A stretch of 64,000 nt of DNA from the human T2T-CHM13v2.0 reference genome, Homo sapiens. Below, piece after piece: positions 25,149 to 40,039 of the stretch (its first letter is position 1; each line of letters begins with the position of its first letter). A program made the position numbers and the translations under genes. The stretch lies in NCBI RefSeq assembly GCF_009914755.1, contig NC_060929.1. The stretch is one strand, 5' to 3'. The notes beneath the pieces were generated by a model that was given only the letters and a program-made list of their open reading frames with translations, had not been told where the DNA came from and did no database searches.

Positions 25149-25946
25149 TAATCATTAAGACATTTTTATTCCATGAAAATATTAAATTTGTGTGCACATT
25201 GTGTATTATATGCCATCTTATAACTACTGTTTATAACTCTTACATAATTTATAGCATATATAAAAGTGATACAAGATTAATAGATTTTTAAAAATGATAC
25301 ACTTTATAATTTTGTCTATTGTTGCCGAAAAGGGCACTCAAAAACATCTCTCCCAAATACTCCACCAAAAGTGTTGTGGAAACCCCTTGAGAGAATTGCT
25401 CTATGATAAATGGGTCATTCCCTCCTCGGAGTGGTTGACTTTAGTTGAATAATTTAATTACTCTCCTTTTACTACTAGCTGAGTTTAATTGCACGGAAGG
25501 TACAGGGATGTATTTTACTGGTCACCATTAATTGTTGAATTACTTAATTTTGAGTTGGCATAGTGAAGGAATTCAGGGACGGAAAAATTTGATTTTGTTG
25601 CCCCCCACCCCACGCCCCCCCTCACCTCCCCCCGCTCCAGATGATTTGTGTAGAATAAACTTGGTAAGTTTTAGGATGCAGAGGATGGGGTAGGGAAAAT
25701 GCAAGATCAGCAACTAGGAATAGTGCCAAAAGGGAGGAAAATATACCACAGATACTTCAGCTACTTGTTCATTTTTCCAGACGACTGGGTACTAGGTTTC
25801 ATGTGATGCTATAAGAGAAACAGACAGACAGTATCTCAAATAAATGATAAGCACTTTGGACCTTGAGGGATCAAGAATGAGAAATGACAACTTTGCTTTT
25901 ACTCACACTATTTTTTCTTTCCCTTGGATACCCTCCTTTCTCCCTA

Positions 25947-26373
25947 TGCTATAGTTTGGTGTGTTTGACCCCTCCAAATCTCATATCAAAATTTGATCCC
26001 CAGTGTTGGAGGTGGGGCCTAACAGGAAGTGTTTGGGTCATGAGAGAGGATTCCTCTTGAATGGCTTAGAGCCATTCTCCAAATAATGAGTGAGTTCTCA
26101 CTCTGTTTGTTCCCAAGAGAGCTGGTGGTTAAAAGAGCCTGGAACATCCCCCCTCCATCTCTTCCTTCCTCTCTCACTATTTGATCTCTACCCAGGATGC
26201 TTCCTTTTCCTTCTGACATGAGTGGAACCAGCCATAGGCCCTCATCAGAGGCAGATGCTGGCACTTTGCTTCTCGTACAGCCTGCAGAATGGTGAGTCAA
26301 ATAAATACCTTTTCTTTATAAATTACCCAGCCTCAGGTATTCCTTTATAGCAACACAGAAATGGAGTAAGATC
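25947..26373 (+). mobile_element. MSTB-like MaLR solo LTR
   Basis: tgctatagtttgg...ccaaatctcat...ccccagtgttggaggtggggcc...cagcctgcagaa...aaataaa...tttctttataaattacccagcctcaggtattcctttatagcaacaca. Confidence 0.92.
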
Positions 26374-27029
26374 CTCTCTATCCACCTGGAAAATCCTACT
26401 TCCCGGAGAGTTTTCTTTTATTTGCTCTTGCCAACAAAGTAGGGTCAACAGCTTGAAACCAAACCTTGTAAAGGTTGCTAATGTGTGGTTTTAAAAATTC
26501 AAATGCCTTTAGAAACCAGGCAGGGGACCTTAATGTGAAGCAGGAAAGATTATTCTAACAAAGGATTGTGTAGACTAAAAGGGGCATCACCCTCAGACAC
26601 TGAATACTCAACAATTATTTGAACAACTTGAGTTAGGATTTCTTCTGAATTGTGCTGGATACTGCTTTGGCAGCTTAACAGAGGCTCGAGAGTATGTTGC
26701 CTCATGATTGTCAAAGGAAAGTCTATTATTACACTCCACAATGGCTCTAAAACCTGGTAATGGGCTAGCCTATTTCTTACTACATTAAGTAACTTCTATG
26801 TCTAATGGCAATAATTTTTCAAGGTTCTTGAGCCCAATTTTTATAGATTTTTAAATTACCTATTCTCTGTATATATATATATATATCAGTTTATATCCAC
26901 CACTTCCAAACTTTTTCTTCTAACTTTCAATGTGCTGCTTCTGATTTTTTGTGGCCTAGGACTACGGATAAATACATTTTTGAAATTTTGCATAAAATAA
27001 AAATAAGGTTTGAGTAAGCAATCTTAGAG

Positions 27030-27730
27030 CTATGTATAAATTGCAAGATATATTTTTTATATAATATTTGATAGATATTAAGCAATACATCTAACATTTA
27101 AGTAAATTTAAAAGTTAATTAAAATATTAACTATGACCTCACTATCAAACTTATAAACTATTAAAATACTAGTAATATTAATACCTATTATCTGTTCTTC
27201 CCATATTTAATTTCTAACTTCCCTACCAGAACAAAAACTACTCTTAATTTTGTGCTTATCATTTGTTTGTTGTAGTTTTTTAAATAGTACTACTATATAT
27301 TTAAGTGTTAAACAATATGTTGCTTAGCTTTCTTGGTTTTGAGCATTATGAATTATCAAAATTGTGTCTTCCACTATGAATTGCATTTCTCCCTCATTAT
27401 ATTTCTCACATTTATCCGTGTCGTTTTATGTAGTTACAATTTATTCTTCTCATTCTTTCATAATATACCACCGTGATTATTGCAAAATTTCTTTACCCAC
27501 ATTCTAGTCAATGCATCATTTCTGTTTTTTTCAATTCTATGAACAATACTGTTACGAACATTATGTCTTTCCTGGTATACATATGCAAAATTTCCTCTAA
27601 AATATTGTTCAAACATTTTACTGTGATTTATACCACGATATAAATTTTAAACAACAGCTTGGTAGATATTTACAATAAGGAGTCTTTTAGTCTATGAATG
27701 TGGTATATCATTCCATTTATTTACGCCTTT
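27030..27730 (-). mobile_element. L1ME-like fragment
   Basis: ctatgaacaatactgttacgaacatt...ctatgaatgtggtatatcattccatttattta resemble old L1 sequence. Confidence 0.6.
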
Positions 27731-27741
27731 TAAATCTTTCT

Positions 27742-27964
27742 CTTTTTTTTTCTTCTTCTAGAGACAGAGTCTTGCTCTGCTGCTCAATCTGGAGTGCAGT
27801 GTTATGATCATAATTCACTGCAGCCCCAAACTCCTGTGCTCAAGCTATCCTCCCACCTCAGCTTCTTGAGTAGCTGGAACTACAGGCACATGCCAATATG
27901 CTTGGCTATTTTCTTAATTTTTATTTTTTATATATATGGGGTCTTAACTTTGTTGCCCAGGTTG
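27742..27964 (-). mobile_element. AluJ, 5'-truncated
   Basis: Complete right arm with J features (cactgcagcc...ctcctgtgctcaagctatcctcccacctcagc). The left arm stops at gttgcccaggttg. Confidence 0.9.
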
Positions 27965-28099
27965 TAAATATCTTTTCATAAAGTTTTCTTCTTTGCATGC
28001 AAACCATTAGCCACACTGAATTTTTCTATTCCCTCTTGAGATTACAAGTAGAAAGCAGACCTTCTAGTTTATCCCTTAGTTCTTTTAACATTCTTTCAT

Positions 28100-29240
<1,141 letters not shown>

Positions 29241-31559
29241 ACCAAAGCCCACATGCATGATATCAACTTTATGGCTACTTGACATCTACTGAGTGAATGA
29301 CAAAATTCATTAGCAAACTAAAGAACATAATCAGCTTATGTGTGAATGTGTTGGGGAGTCTGCTTACAAATTTATGTTTGACTTATACAAATAACTGTAC
29401 CTGTTACTTTGGATAAATGAAATTGATGAATCTCTTTGGGGACTATGCAAATATTAAAAAAGAAGAGCCTGAAAGTTTTATCTGCTGGATATAATGTTGT
29501 GGGAATGTTAATAAGAGTTAGATTATAACTTCTGTTAATAAGATATCTCTGGTGCTATAAAAAGAGGTTTTTGCTTCATTGATAGTACAGTGAATTAAAA
29601 AACATTAAGTAAATGCTTTTCCTCATGTGTCCACATTAAGAGGAGAAGGCAAGTTCTTGTTGGAAAAGTACTAATAGGACTTCATTCTTCTAATTAGATT
29701 TACTTTTTTTCTTTTCCTTTTGACAGCTGCCTGGGAAATATATAAAATGTAGTGAGCTGAATGGCATTAGGGATTTAATAGTGTCTGAGAAAAAATTCAA
29801 CTATCTGTGCATTGTTTTAAGCCAAAGAAATACAATAAATTATCCAATTAACCTTACAGTCCTGTGGGTCTTTAAGTGTTATATTGTACATATTATCTTT
29901 CAAAGGACTATTCCACTCTCTTCATGGTTTTGCTTTATCATTTTGGTAAGTACTTTCAAGTTTGTGTATGCATCAGGATGGCTGAACAGGTTTCTTAATA
30001 CATCCCATGAGGTGGCAACAGAGAGACTCCAGGGTTGAGGTGGAGGCAAGTGATACTACCTTTATGGTACAGTGCTATCATATTACTCCAACTATTTGCC
30101 ACAGCAATGGCTGGAGTGCAGGAAGGTTCTGAGGATGTGGGGAGGAGGTGTATAAGACACAACTGTGCCTAGGATGCTCATTTTGAACAATCAGTTAGGA
30201 CTTTCTACAGTTTGCGTACTCCTTAGTCTCTTGTACATCACATAGTAACTACTCCTTAGATTGCTTTTCCTGTGCTTTTTGCAAGTTAGGGATTATTCAC
30301 TTCATTAAGGTGTAATCTAATACACTGGAATTGTCTTTTCCATAAATCATAAAAATAACTGTTCTATAGTGTCCTGTTTATGAAAATTCTTAAACATCAC
30401 TTAGATTTTATAGTAAATATAAATATCACAATTATTCCTTTGTGTTTAACTACAGAAAAGCAGAAAATATTATTTTATGCCTGTGAAATGCAATGCAGGA
30501 AATTTAAATTCAGGATATAAATCAAGCAGCTGAGAGAAAAATCCATGATTAATTTAATACTTTATTGAAAAAGGCACTAAAGAATGGTCACAAATGTAGT
30601 GGTGTATTATAGATAATCTAATTGTTTATGTAACTGCAAATTTTTTTAAAGGCAATGTCTTTAGTTCTGCTCATAAAAAAAAAAAAAAACAGCTTGAGCC
30701 CACAACTTCTAATCACACATTCAAATGTATTCAAACTACAGATGTTAATCACTCAATTCATCTTTCCAGCTGTGATGAAGATGAGGTTAGGGTGAAGTTG
30801 AGTGTATGAGTTTTTCAAGATAACAGATTATTGAAAATCTGGGCATCTACCTGGGTTTTGTTTTTTATGTTTGGAAATAAGAGTGGGTCAGAGCACATAA
30901 GAAAAATGTTAAAATCAAACTGAAATCTGAGAAGAGACAGTCTCTCAGAGAGCCAGCAAGCCTGAATGGGATAGAAGAGAAGACATGAATTAATTAATTA
31001 AAAGAGGGAATTGAAAGACTGCTGTGAAACAGCGTTACTGAGGAAGACCAGTTTCAGAGAATATAAGGTAGGAAGATGATTTAAAAAGCAATGACTATGG
31101 ACCAATCAGACGAGAACAATCAGAGATGAAAAAAATAATTTCTGAAAATGTATCGGGTAGCTTATGAAGCTAAGATCATGAGATGACACCTAGGGCAGAG
31201 CCTAATTTTCTCACGTAAGTCTCTATAACCTCTCAGATACGTATATGCACTAAAGACATGCAAGTGCAGTTGAGAGGGCAAATTAGTTTTCTGCAATGCT
31301 GTCCTAATATGTTCAGACACATATTTCATAGCAATTCTCATACCCATGTGAGAATGTGTTAATTACAACAATGTTTATGGTGGTCAGGTGTTACAGACAA
31401 TTTGGGTGACAGCACCAGAAAATGTGAGTAAACATAAGTAAATGTATACCATGATAAATCTTTCAGTGATTCAAACAGTGAATTAGATATATTTATGGCA
31501 AAATGGATATATAAATAAATATATGTAATATTTACATATATTATATATATCCTTCCTGA

Positions 31560-34500
31560 TATTGGTCAATCTACCTAAAGTTATAACAATTTCATCAAAA
31601 TTTAAAAAAAATCTGCATTTATTTGCTTTTTCTTTAGTTTTCTCTCTTTTTAAATTAACTTTTGCCTTTACATTTATTATTTACTTTCTTCTACTTGCTT
31701 TGAGATTTTCTTCTTTATCCAGTTTATTATATTAGAAGCTAATATCACTATTTGAGACTTTTCTTATAAGTATTTAATGCTATAAGTTTCTTTCAAAACA
31801 TTGTTTTAGCTGTATTTCACAAACTTTGATATATCATTAGCATTTTTATTTAGTTCAAAATGTTGTGTAATTTAATTTGCCTTTGCTTTCTTTAAAACAT
31901 GGGCTACATAGAAATGTGTTTACTTTGTAATTACTTGAGAATTTCCCATACATATTGCTGTTTTTATATATATATATTTGATATATAAATATATGTGATA
32001 TATATAAGATATATATGTTAATATATAGTTTAGTTCTATTATGGTCAGAAAATACATGTTTTATAATTTCAACTCTTTTAAATTTATTGATTTTGCTCTG
32101 TGGCTCAAATTATAATTTCTCTTGTTAAATGTTTCATGTCCACTTGAAACTAATGTCCATTCTGCTGTTGTTAAGTTGAAAGTTCTTTAAATATCAATTA
32201 GTTGATTTTACTCCCTGGTAAAATTTCTTGTTTTGAATTATACTTTGGATCATATTTACATGGCCACTACAGTTTCCTTTTCATTATTATTTTAATGGTG
32301 TATCTTTTCCCATCCTTTTGCTTTTTCTATATGTGTCTTTACATATATATTTTGTAAACAGCATGCAATTCAGTATGGCTTTGTTATCCAAACTGATAAT
32401 CTTTGTCTTTTTATTGGAGTGTTTAAAACAATTACATTTAAAATAATCATTGATATGTTTGGGTTCAAATATTTCTTTTTACTTTTTTTTCAATTTGTAA
32501 TATCTGTTCTTTGTTCTAATTTTCCTCTTTCCATGTCTTCTTGGATTATTTTTATTGTTTCATGTTATCTCCACTAATTATTTATTGGTTACACTTATTT
32601 TTTCTCCTTTTGTTTTAGTGATTGTTATAGGGTTTTATATACCTATGTCTCTCTCTCTCTTTCTCTCTGTGTGTATGTGTATTTAGCTTATAATGGTCTA
32701 CCTTCAAATAATATTATACTACATTACATGTAGTATAACAACATAGAATATACATTCATTTTCCCCCCATCTTGCTTTGTGCTATTTATGTCATTCATTT
32801 TACTTCTACATATATTATAACTCCCAAAATATATGTTGTTATTTTGGTTTACACATTTGACTTTTAAAGAGATTTAAAATAAGGAAAAATATAGTTTATA
32901 CATTTTCTTACATTGCTATACCTCTTTTTTTGTGTATTTATAAATGTATCTGTTATATTATTTCTGCTTAAATAACTGCTTTTAATGTTTATTTTAAACT
33001 TTTGGTTTGGCTGTTTTTCTTTCAGTACTATATATTACCTCATTTTCTTTGGACTGCATACTTTTAAATGATATATCTGATATAATTGTTACCTCTGTTC
33101 CCTTATATAAGGTGTGTTTCTAGCTTGTCCAACCTTTACTACTTTTTACTCATCTTTGGTTTTCAGCAGGTTGACTATGATATGCCTATGTATGTTATTC
33201 TTTATATTTATCCAGTTTCGAGTTCTCTGAATTTATTAGAGCTGTAGTTTATTTAGTCTTTCATTAATTTCGTAAAGTTCTCACCCATTATCTTTTCAAA
33301 TGCTTCTACAGCCCTATTCTCTTTGTTTCTCTCATCTAAGGCTGGGCGTCCAATTACACATATATTAGATCATTTATTAATGGTCTTGGATATTTTATTT
33401 TTTCACTATATTTCATTCTCTCTCTCTCTACACACACACAGTTACACACACATTATATTTTGGAAAACTTTAATCAAAATATATTCTAATTCACAGTTAA
33501 CTTTCTGTAATGCCTTTAGTCTGCAAATAAGCATGTGAAAAAATTTTTCAACTTTCATATCATGTTTTCTTAATCTGTCATTTCACAGGATTTCCTTTAT
33601 AGTTTCTATCTTACTGCTAAAATTCTTCATCTGTTCCACACCGTTCTTATTTTCCATAGATTAATGAACATATTCATTATAATTATTTAAAAGTCCTAGT
33701 CAAATAGTTTCAAAATATGTTTCATTTCTGAGTGTGGTTCTGTTGACTGCTTTCTCCCTTGATGATGAGTTCTTTTTTTCATGCTTATTCATGTCTCTTG
33801 TGATTTTTAAAATTAGATTTAGGTATTGTATGCAAAAGAACAACGGAGACTAAAGTAAACAGCATTAACTCCTGGGAATTGGTATGCTTCTGCTTCTATC
33901 AGGTTGTCTCGGGGATTGAGACTTCTATTAGTCTCTTTAACTCTGAGTCTCAGAGAATGTGGAGAGAGCCTATTCTCAGTATTTTTGTCTTTTCCTACAC
34001 AGCAACAAAACTGCCTTTCATAGTTAAGAAGTCTTGTCCAGGTGGTCTTGAACATAAGCAGTTTTTTTTCACTTCTCTTCCAGTAGCAACAGCATCGCGC
34101 TTTGTATTTGTGTAGGAGCCTTGAAACAACAGAGAATTTATCCTTTCTCCAGCAGCAGCCAACCTTTGCTTGGGATAAAAAGAAGAAAGATTTACTCTAA
34201 AAGACAGACAGGTTTTCCTTTATTTTTTCTCCAGAGTCAGCTTACCTATTTCTGGAATCTAAGCTGAAAGTTTTCTTGCCCCTTACCTGGAGGAAGACAG
34301 TTTTTGCTTTATATGAGAGAAGAGTTAATTGTGGGTTTCATACCTGTTCTATAGAAAGAAGCAACTTACCTCAATGTTTCATCATTAAGGGAGACTTTCT
34401 CAGGTGGCCTTTTTTGATTCTACTCTTTCTCATGGACACCTGGTGGAGGCTCATGAGAAAGTTCTGGCAAGTGGGTGAAGACTACTTTTGTATTTAGAAC

Positions 34501-34860
34501 TCCCAAGAATATTAACCTGTGCCACTAGCCCACACTCTCTGTTTATGTGTTTGTTAACACTGAAGATTTTTTCTTCTTATTCACTTCAATGAGTGTCATC
34601 TCTGTTTGATGTGCTTTGCCGGGGCAAGATACTTAGCGTGGCCTGTCCTGTCTTTCCTTAGAGGAATTTGTTACACTTTGAAAATCAAAGTACCTCATTG
34701 CCTTGGGATTTCAACTCATTGAAGAATTGAAAAGCAAGCAAACAAGCAGGCAAACAAATGAAACCCCAATAACTCTGGTTCTGTATATTTTCTTTGTTTT
34801 ACTTATTGTTGGGTGGGATCAACGTTCTCTTATGGCTTTCTGGATTCTTAACAGAAGTAA
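31560..34860 (-). mobile_element. Old L1M (MC/MD/ME class): ORF2 5' part, ORF1 and 5' region remnants
   Basis: gtttcatgtccacttgaaactaatgtccattctgctgttg (EN region) and ttggttttcagcaggttgactatgatatgccta (ORF1). It continues into more GC-rich 5'UTR-like sequence. Confidence 0.8.
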
Positions 34861-35609
34861 AACTCTGATTGGTCTTTAAGAATAAACCTTAGTGAAAAAA
34901 ATGAGAACTATAATGACATATATAATAGCATTTAAGTAAATTAAAATATCTTCACATTATACAATTTGCATTTTCTAAAAGAATTTCAAATAAAATTAAA
35001 TACATTATAATTGTTGCCTGAGGAAGAAGCAAAGGAAAGTGATATATATTAACATAAATGAATGAATTAAAGATAAATGAATAAAGCAAGAAAGGAAACT
35101 TTCATTAAACAAAGTTGATTATGTGCAATAGACAGTATGATAAACTCTGTCCTTTGTACTTGAAATCCAAAAGGTATTGATAAACAAACAACCAAACACA
35201 AAAGATTGGATATATGACATTATCTTTTTCCACTTGTATTGCAATGCTGTGCATATATATCATCTTGGATCCCTCAATATGCTGCTTATAAAGCTTATTT
35301 TACTTTAATAATAAATGTATTATGAAATATAAAATTTGACTCCATTGCATTACTGTAAATATTTTAGTGGTTTTTTTGTGAGTATATGTAGCTAATTGGA
35401 GGATGAAATACAATGTTTTAAGCAAGTGTGATTAACATAATAAAGCACATGAATTACTATATTTTTGTGAAAAGAATAAAACAAAATACTATGAACATAC
35501 ATCATGGAGGAAATATTTTATTTGTTAATATCGTGTTTACTTCTTTAATGGAAATAATTTTAGTTCTGTGTATCCATTTGAAATAAAGTCAATAGGCAAA
35601 GTGATTTGT

Positions 35610-35722
35610 CTAGGCTGTGAACGATTTGTGGTACCTTGGGACAGATATTTTGCCAATTATGAGCCTCAATGTTTTTTATCAGACTCACGAGGTAATTAGA
35701 TTTTAAGGTCACTTCCAAATCT
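35610..35722 (+). mobile_element. MIR3-like fragment
   Basis: accttgggacagat...tgagcctcaatgttttttatc...tagattttaaggtcacttccaaatct. Confidence 0.55.
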
Positions 35723-36094
35723 CATAATAAAGAATAGCCTACAATAGATAGCAAGTCTTGGAAAATGTTTGGATAAGATACCAGAGAGTACAGCCTAAGA
35801 CAGGACACCTTGATAAAAGAAAATGAGAGAGAACTTTGTAGGTTGAGATTTATCAAGGTAGTTAAAAAAATAAAAACAAACTAGTAGAATAGTAAAAGTA
35901 GGAGCAACTTTCACTGACTGTAAGTAGCATCATGTAGTAAGCTTTGAGTAATATTGAATAAAATCTTAATTCAATTCCACTGTCTTGTGCCTACACATAC
36001 ATCTCTGTATGAGTCTTGTTGGCTGTGCAGATTTAGAAAATTGATAGTTCTACCTCAAAACCACTATGAGTATTCTAAATAGGATTTAGATTCC

Positions 36095-36620
36095 TCTCTA
36101 ATTTAGCTTGGTTTTTCATCAAAAGCAGAGACTGTAAAGGATTTGTACATAGGTGGTTTATTTAGAAAGCAATGGAACCTCAATTTAGAGAGCTAAGTGA
36201 GTTTCCAGCAAGAGTGGACAGCAAAGGAAAAAGAGTCCACCCAAACTACATTATCGGATTGCTCAGTGGATGCATCAGTTGGAGATAGATCTCTTGAAGT
36301 CCTTTAGGGGAGTAAATAAAATGTTTCTCAAATTTTCCACAAAAGATCTCTAAGCAAAAAGCACATGACACACCTATCTTGAAATGCAAGTAATATCTTA
36401 TACTCTTGAGCTGTGTGTGTATGCATGCCATACAGTCTCTCAACACTGCTCCATATCAGGACTTAGAAAAGCCCAGGAAGAAAGAAAAACTCATGCAGAG
36501 ACTGTTTGAACCAAGGCACTGTCAATATACCTAAGTCCAGTCTTACCAGAAGCTATTTACAGAACAAGGTGAGTCTGAGAGGATGATGTGGGGTGGTGTG
36601 GAAAAGGTTCTGATATACCT
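36095..36620 (-). mobile_element. Probable old ERVL-type LTR remnant
   Basis: aaagcagagactgtaaaggatttgtacataggtggtttatttag resembles the reverse complement of an LTR16-group 3' end. Confidence 0.4.
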
Positions 36621-38653
36621 GAAGCTTTGGCATGGCAAGTAAGTTATTAAATTCCCTCCGTCTGGGATTGGTAAGACAGTCCTTCAGTGTGATTCACAGA
36701 AGAATTTGCTTCTTATCTTCTCCTGGCTAAACTTAAGACTGAGCTTAAATCTCAGACCATTGGCAGAGTATCTGCCTAATCTTTCAATATACTCAAGGAT
36801 CGGCACGGGGATGTTGGGATGGAACATTTTTCTATGTACATTTAAGTTTCATGGAAAAAAACTAACACATATTTTGTGTGTGATTTTTACATAGGGCAAC
36901 GATTATTCTGAGTTAAGTACTTTTTGAAATAAGAAACAATATTTTTATTAATTTACACTTAAGAAATAATTTCTCCTGCTGTTTCTTGTGCTTTCTTCAC
37001 TCTATTGGCAGAGGTTTTCTGTGCCTTTGAAAAGCTTTCCAAGTGCTAGAGTTGCTTCATTCAAAGTTTGCTTTCTCAAAGTTCCAATAAACCTAAAACC
37101 GTATTATTTTCATAGTGGAAAACTCAATGTGCTAGTTTTCAATCAGAATATATATTTTTTAAATTTCTGGTTGCTTTGTTTCACTTTACTTAGCTTCACA
37201 ACATAAAAATAAAGAATTAGAAGTGTTTATTTTCTCTTCAATAAACATATATCTTGAACAATAGTATTAGTTATCAAAAGTGACTTTCACCTCCAGATGA
37301 AAGATACATTGTTTAAAGAAAGGAAAAGTATGGAAATTTCCACAGAACTACTTTTCAAAATTACTGTTTTATTCATTTTGATATATTTAGAAAAATGGGA
37401 AAATAAGTCATTTTGAAGTGGTAATAAGATATAATCTTTAACAAAAGAAAGTTTAGGGACATACTACTAAGAAAAAAATAATAGCTTTGTCATCAGTAAG
37501 AGAGATGTCACTGGGTGACTATGAGAAGACTGGAGGTAAAGTGGAAATGCAAAAAGTTGAAGGAAGCCAGCTGAGAGGTTAGATTTAGATCATAAAATTC
37601 TGAGAAAAATAGATGAAGCTTGGTGAAATCTCAAATACATTTTTATTAGTAAAACAATTACAATCCCACTTTCTTACCAAGTATTAAAGGTACTTGAAAC
37701 TTCTAATTCAAAAGATCAAAGAGAGTGGATGCAATGCATTCATATTGTTCTTTTAGTATAGTTTTATGTTTCTCATGGACTATAAACATTTTTACTTTCT
37801 TTCATAATTTGTGCTGCACAGTTTCCTCTCAGCGTGAAATCAAATACCATTTCCTTACTTTTTGGTAGACCTTTATAAAACGATTACACTATAAACCAAT
37901 CAACAAAAGATGACATTTAAAATAGCCATCTACCTTTTGGCATTGTCTACTGTAAAATTAAAAAAAAAAAGATTGAAGCAGTGTTTGCCTCCCAACTGTC
38001 CTTGCCGTCACAGAGGACATGGAAAACCCAAATCAGAGGGCTAACAGTGCCACTGTTGAATTCCATGTCCTTTAACTCCTTACACAAGTAAGTGCTCAAC
38101 ATACCAATGACTTTTTCTAACCCAAACTATTGTAAAGTTGCTATTTTGTTAATCTGGAATGCATTTTCCTGTGGAAACAATATCATAAACTAAATGGAGT
38201 CCCAGATATACCTGTTGAAGTAGTTTTAGTATTCATTTAACAACTAGAATATTAATTGGGACAGTGCTGTTGCTGAGTCTTACATTGACTTTGGGGAAAG
38301 GATAAGGAGAGATATACAGTCAAGTAGAAAAAAGAAGAAGAGATAGTCTCCCTATTATGGGTTCAGGCTAAATCATGGGAAGATGTCAAAATAAGGCATT
38401 TGAAATAAAGAGGAACATTCTCTCTTGGCTTTTCAGTTCAGAACTCATGCTCTAAGTCTCCCTTAGTTGGCATCTCAGATAGGTGTAAAGAGGGAAGGCA
38501 TCTTATTCAGTCTTGATGGTTATGACTGATGCATCACCTTTTTAATTCTGTCAAAAGGTTAAAAAAGAATATTAATAAAATAATCTGTAACTACCATGCA
38601 TGGCAGACCATGTCAGCCTTTATCCCAAATCCATTTTACTTCTTATCTGGGCA

Positions 38654-38680
<27 letters not shown>
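38654..38680. repeat. T27 homopolymer
   Basis: 27 uninterrupted T. Confidence 0.95.
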
Positions 38681-38685
<5 letters not shown>

Positions 38686-39383
38686 CTTATCTGGACAAGA
38701 AGGAGTGATGAACTCCTCCTTCTTGAAGGCAAAGTTCACATCGCTTCACTTAGCAAAACATCACCATATTCTGAGCTCCCAAATCATTTGGCTGTTCGTT
38801 GATGAAGCCAAGGTTCTTTATATTTAATAAAGCAGGAGTAGAAGGAAGACAGGTAAGGAGAGAAGGGAAAGGAGGAGAAAGACAATAAAGGGAGAGAAGG
38901 AGAGGAGAAGAAAAAGAAGAGCAAAAATGTTTTATGCTTTCTTTCTTTTATATTCACAAGGTATGACCCATATCCAATAATATTTGGTACTTTCAAATCT
39001 TATTTGGAATATTTGGTACTTCCTTGTAATAAATTTTATTCTTTTAAAAACTAATAGGACTTAATATTTAGAGAGTTAATTTTTGAAATTTAATATTAAC
39101 CTAATGCATATTTTGATTAAATAAAATAAATTATTCCCTACAAGAAAGTCCCTTTGGGGAGTTTATTGTCTTTATATTTTGCATTCTATTCACATGTTTT
39201 CTTACACAGTATCTGTGGTGTGATTTTTATTTTATGGAAGGAGTGGCTAAGAAATGGTCTGCACACAGGTCAGTTCAGAATTCCCACTACTCCACATTTA
39301 TCCAAACAGCCAATTCATAACAAGTGTTATGAACGAGAGTTACATTTAGCGACATAGAAACACACTTCCAATTATAAAAGTCA

Positions 39384-39494
39384 TTTCTTCCCTTCTTTCT
39401 TTTTCTTTTCTTTCTCTTTCTTCCTTCCTTCCTTATTCTTTCTTTCTTTCTTTCTTTGCTTTCTTTCTTCTCCTTCCTCCTTCCCTCCCTCCCT

Positions 39495-39546
<52 letters not shown>

Positions 39547-39562
39547 TTTCTTTCTTTCTTTC

Positions 39563-39627
<65 letters not shown>

Positions 39628-39687
39628 TCCTTCCTCCCTCCCTCCCTCTCTCTCTCTCTCTGTCTCTCTCTCTTTCTTTCTTCCTTT
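39384..39687. repeat. Compound (TTTC)n/(TTCC)n/(CT)n polypyrimidine microsatellite
   Basis: About 300 bp of almost pure C/T with long perfect TTTC runs. Confidence 0.97.
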
Positions 39688-40039
39688 CACCACATTTTGA
39701 CAGTAACATCAGCCCTATGTCAAACATGAGACAGGCTGGACCAAGGTCAGGTTCAGGAAAAGTAGACAGAGTACACTATGAATTATCTGTTTTTCTTGAA
39801 GTTGTGTGTATGTGAAATGCATTAAAGTAAATATATGTTATTATTTGATTTAAATATTAAATGTACCATGTGCATTATAGGGTTTATTTATTCTAGAAAT
39901 TAAATTCTGGCTTACATACTTCAGAAACAGCATTTCTTCAACGAATTCCATCACATTTGTCCCAAATTCAAAAAAATTTCCTTTTCACAGATTTTTGCAA
40001 TTTTTTTACCCATTATCTCTCATAGTAGTATATGATTTT

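Noticed and set aside
38979-39021. Short direct repeats (aatatttggtactt x2; similar cases at 16021-16070, 18186-18206 and 51363-51410)
   Set aside because: Ordinary slippage duplications in AT-rich DNA.
39287-39815. ORFs of 146, 86 and 119 aa rich in K/E/R or F/L/S
   Set aside because: They are translations of the (TTTC)n/(GAAA)n microsatellite.
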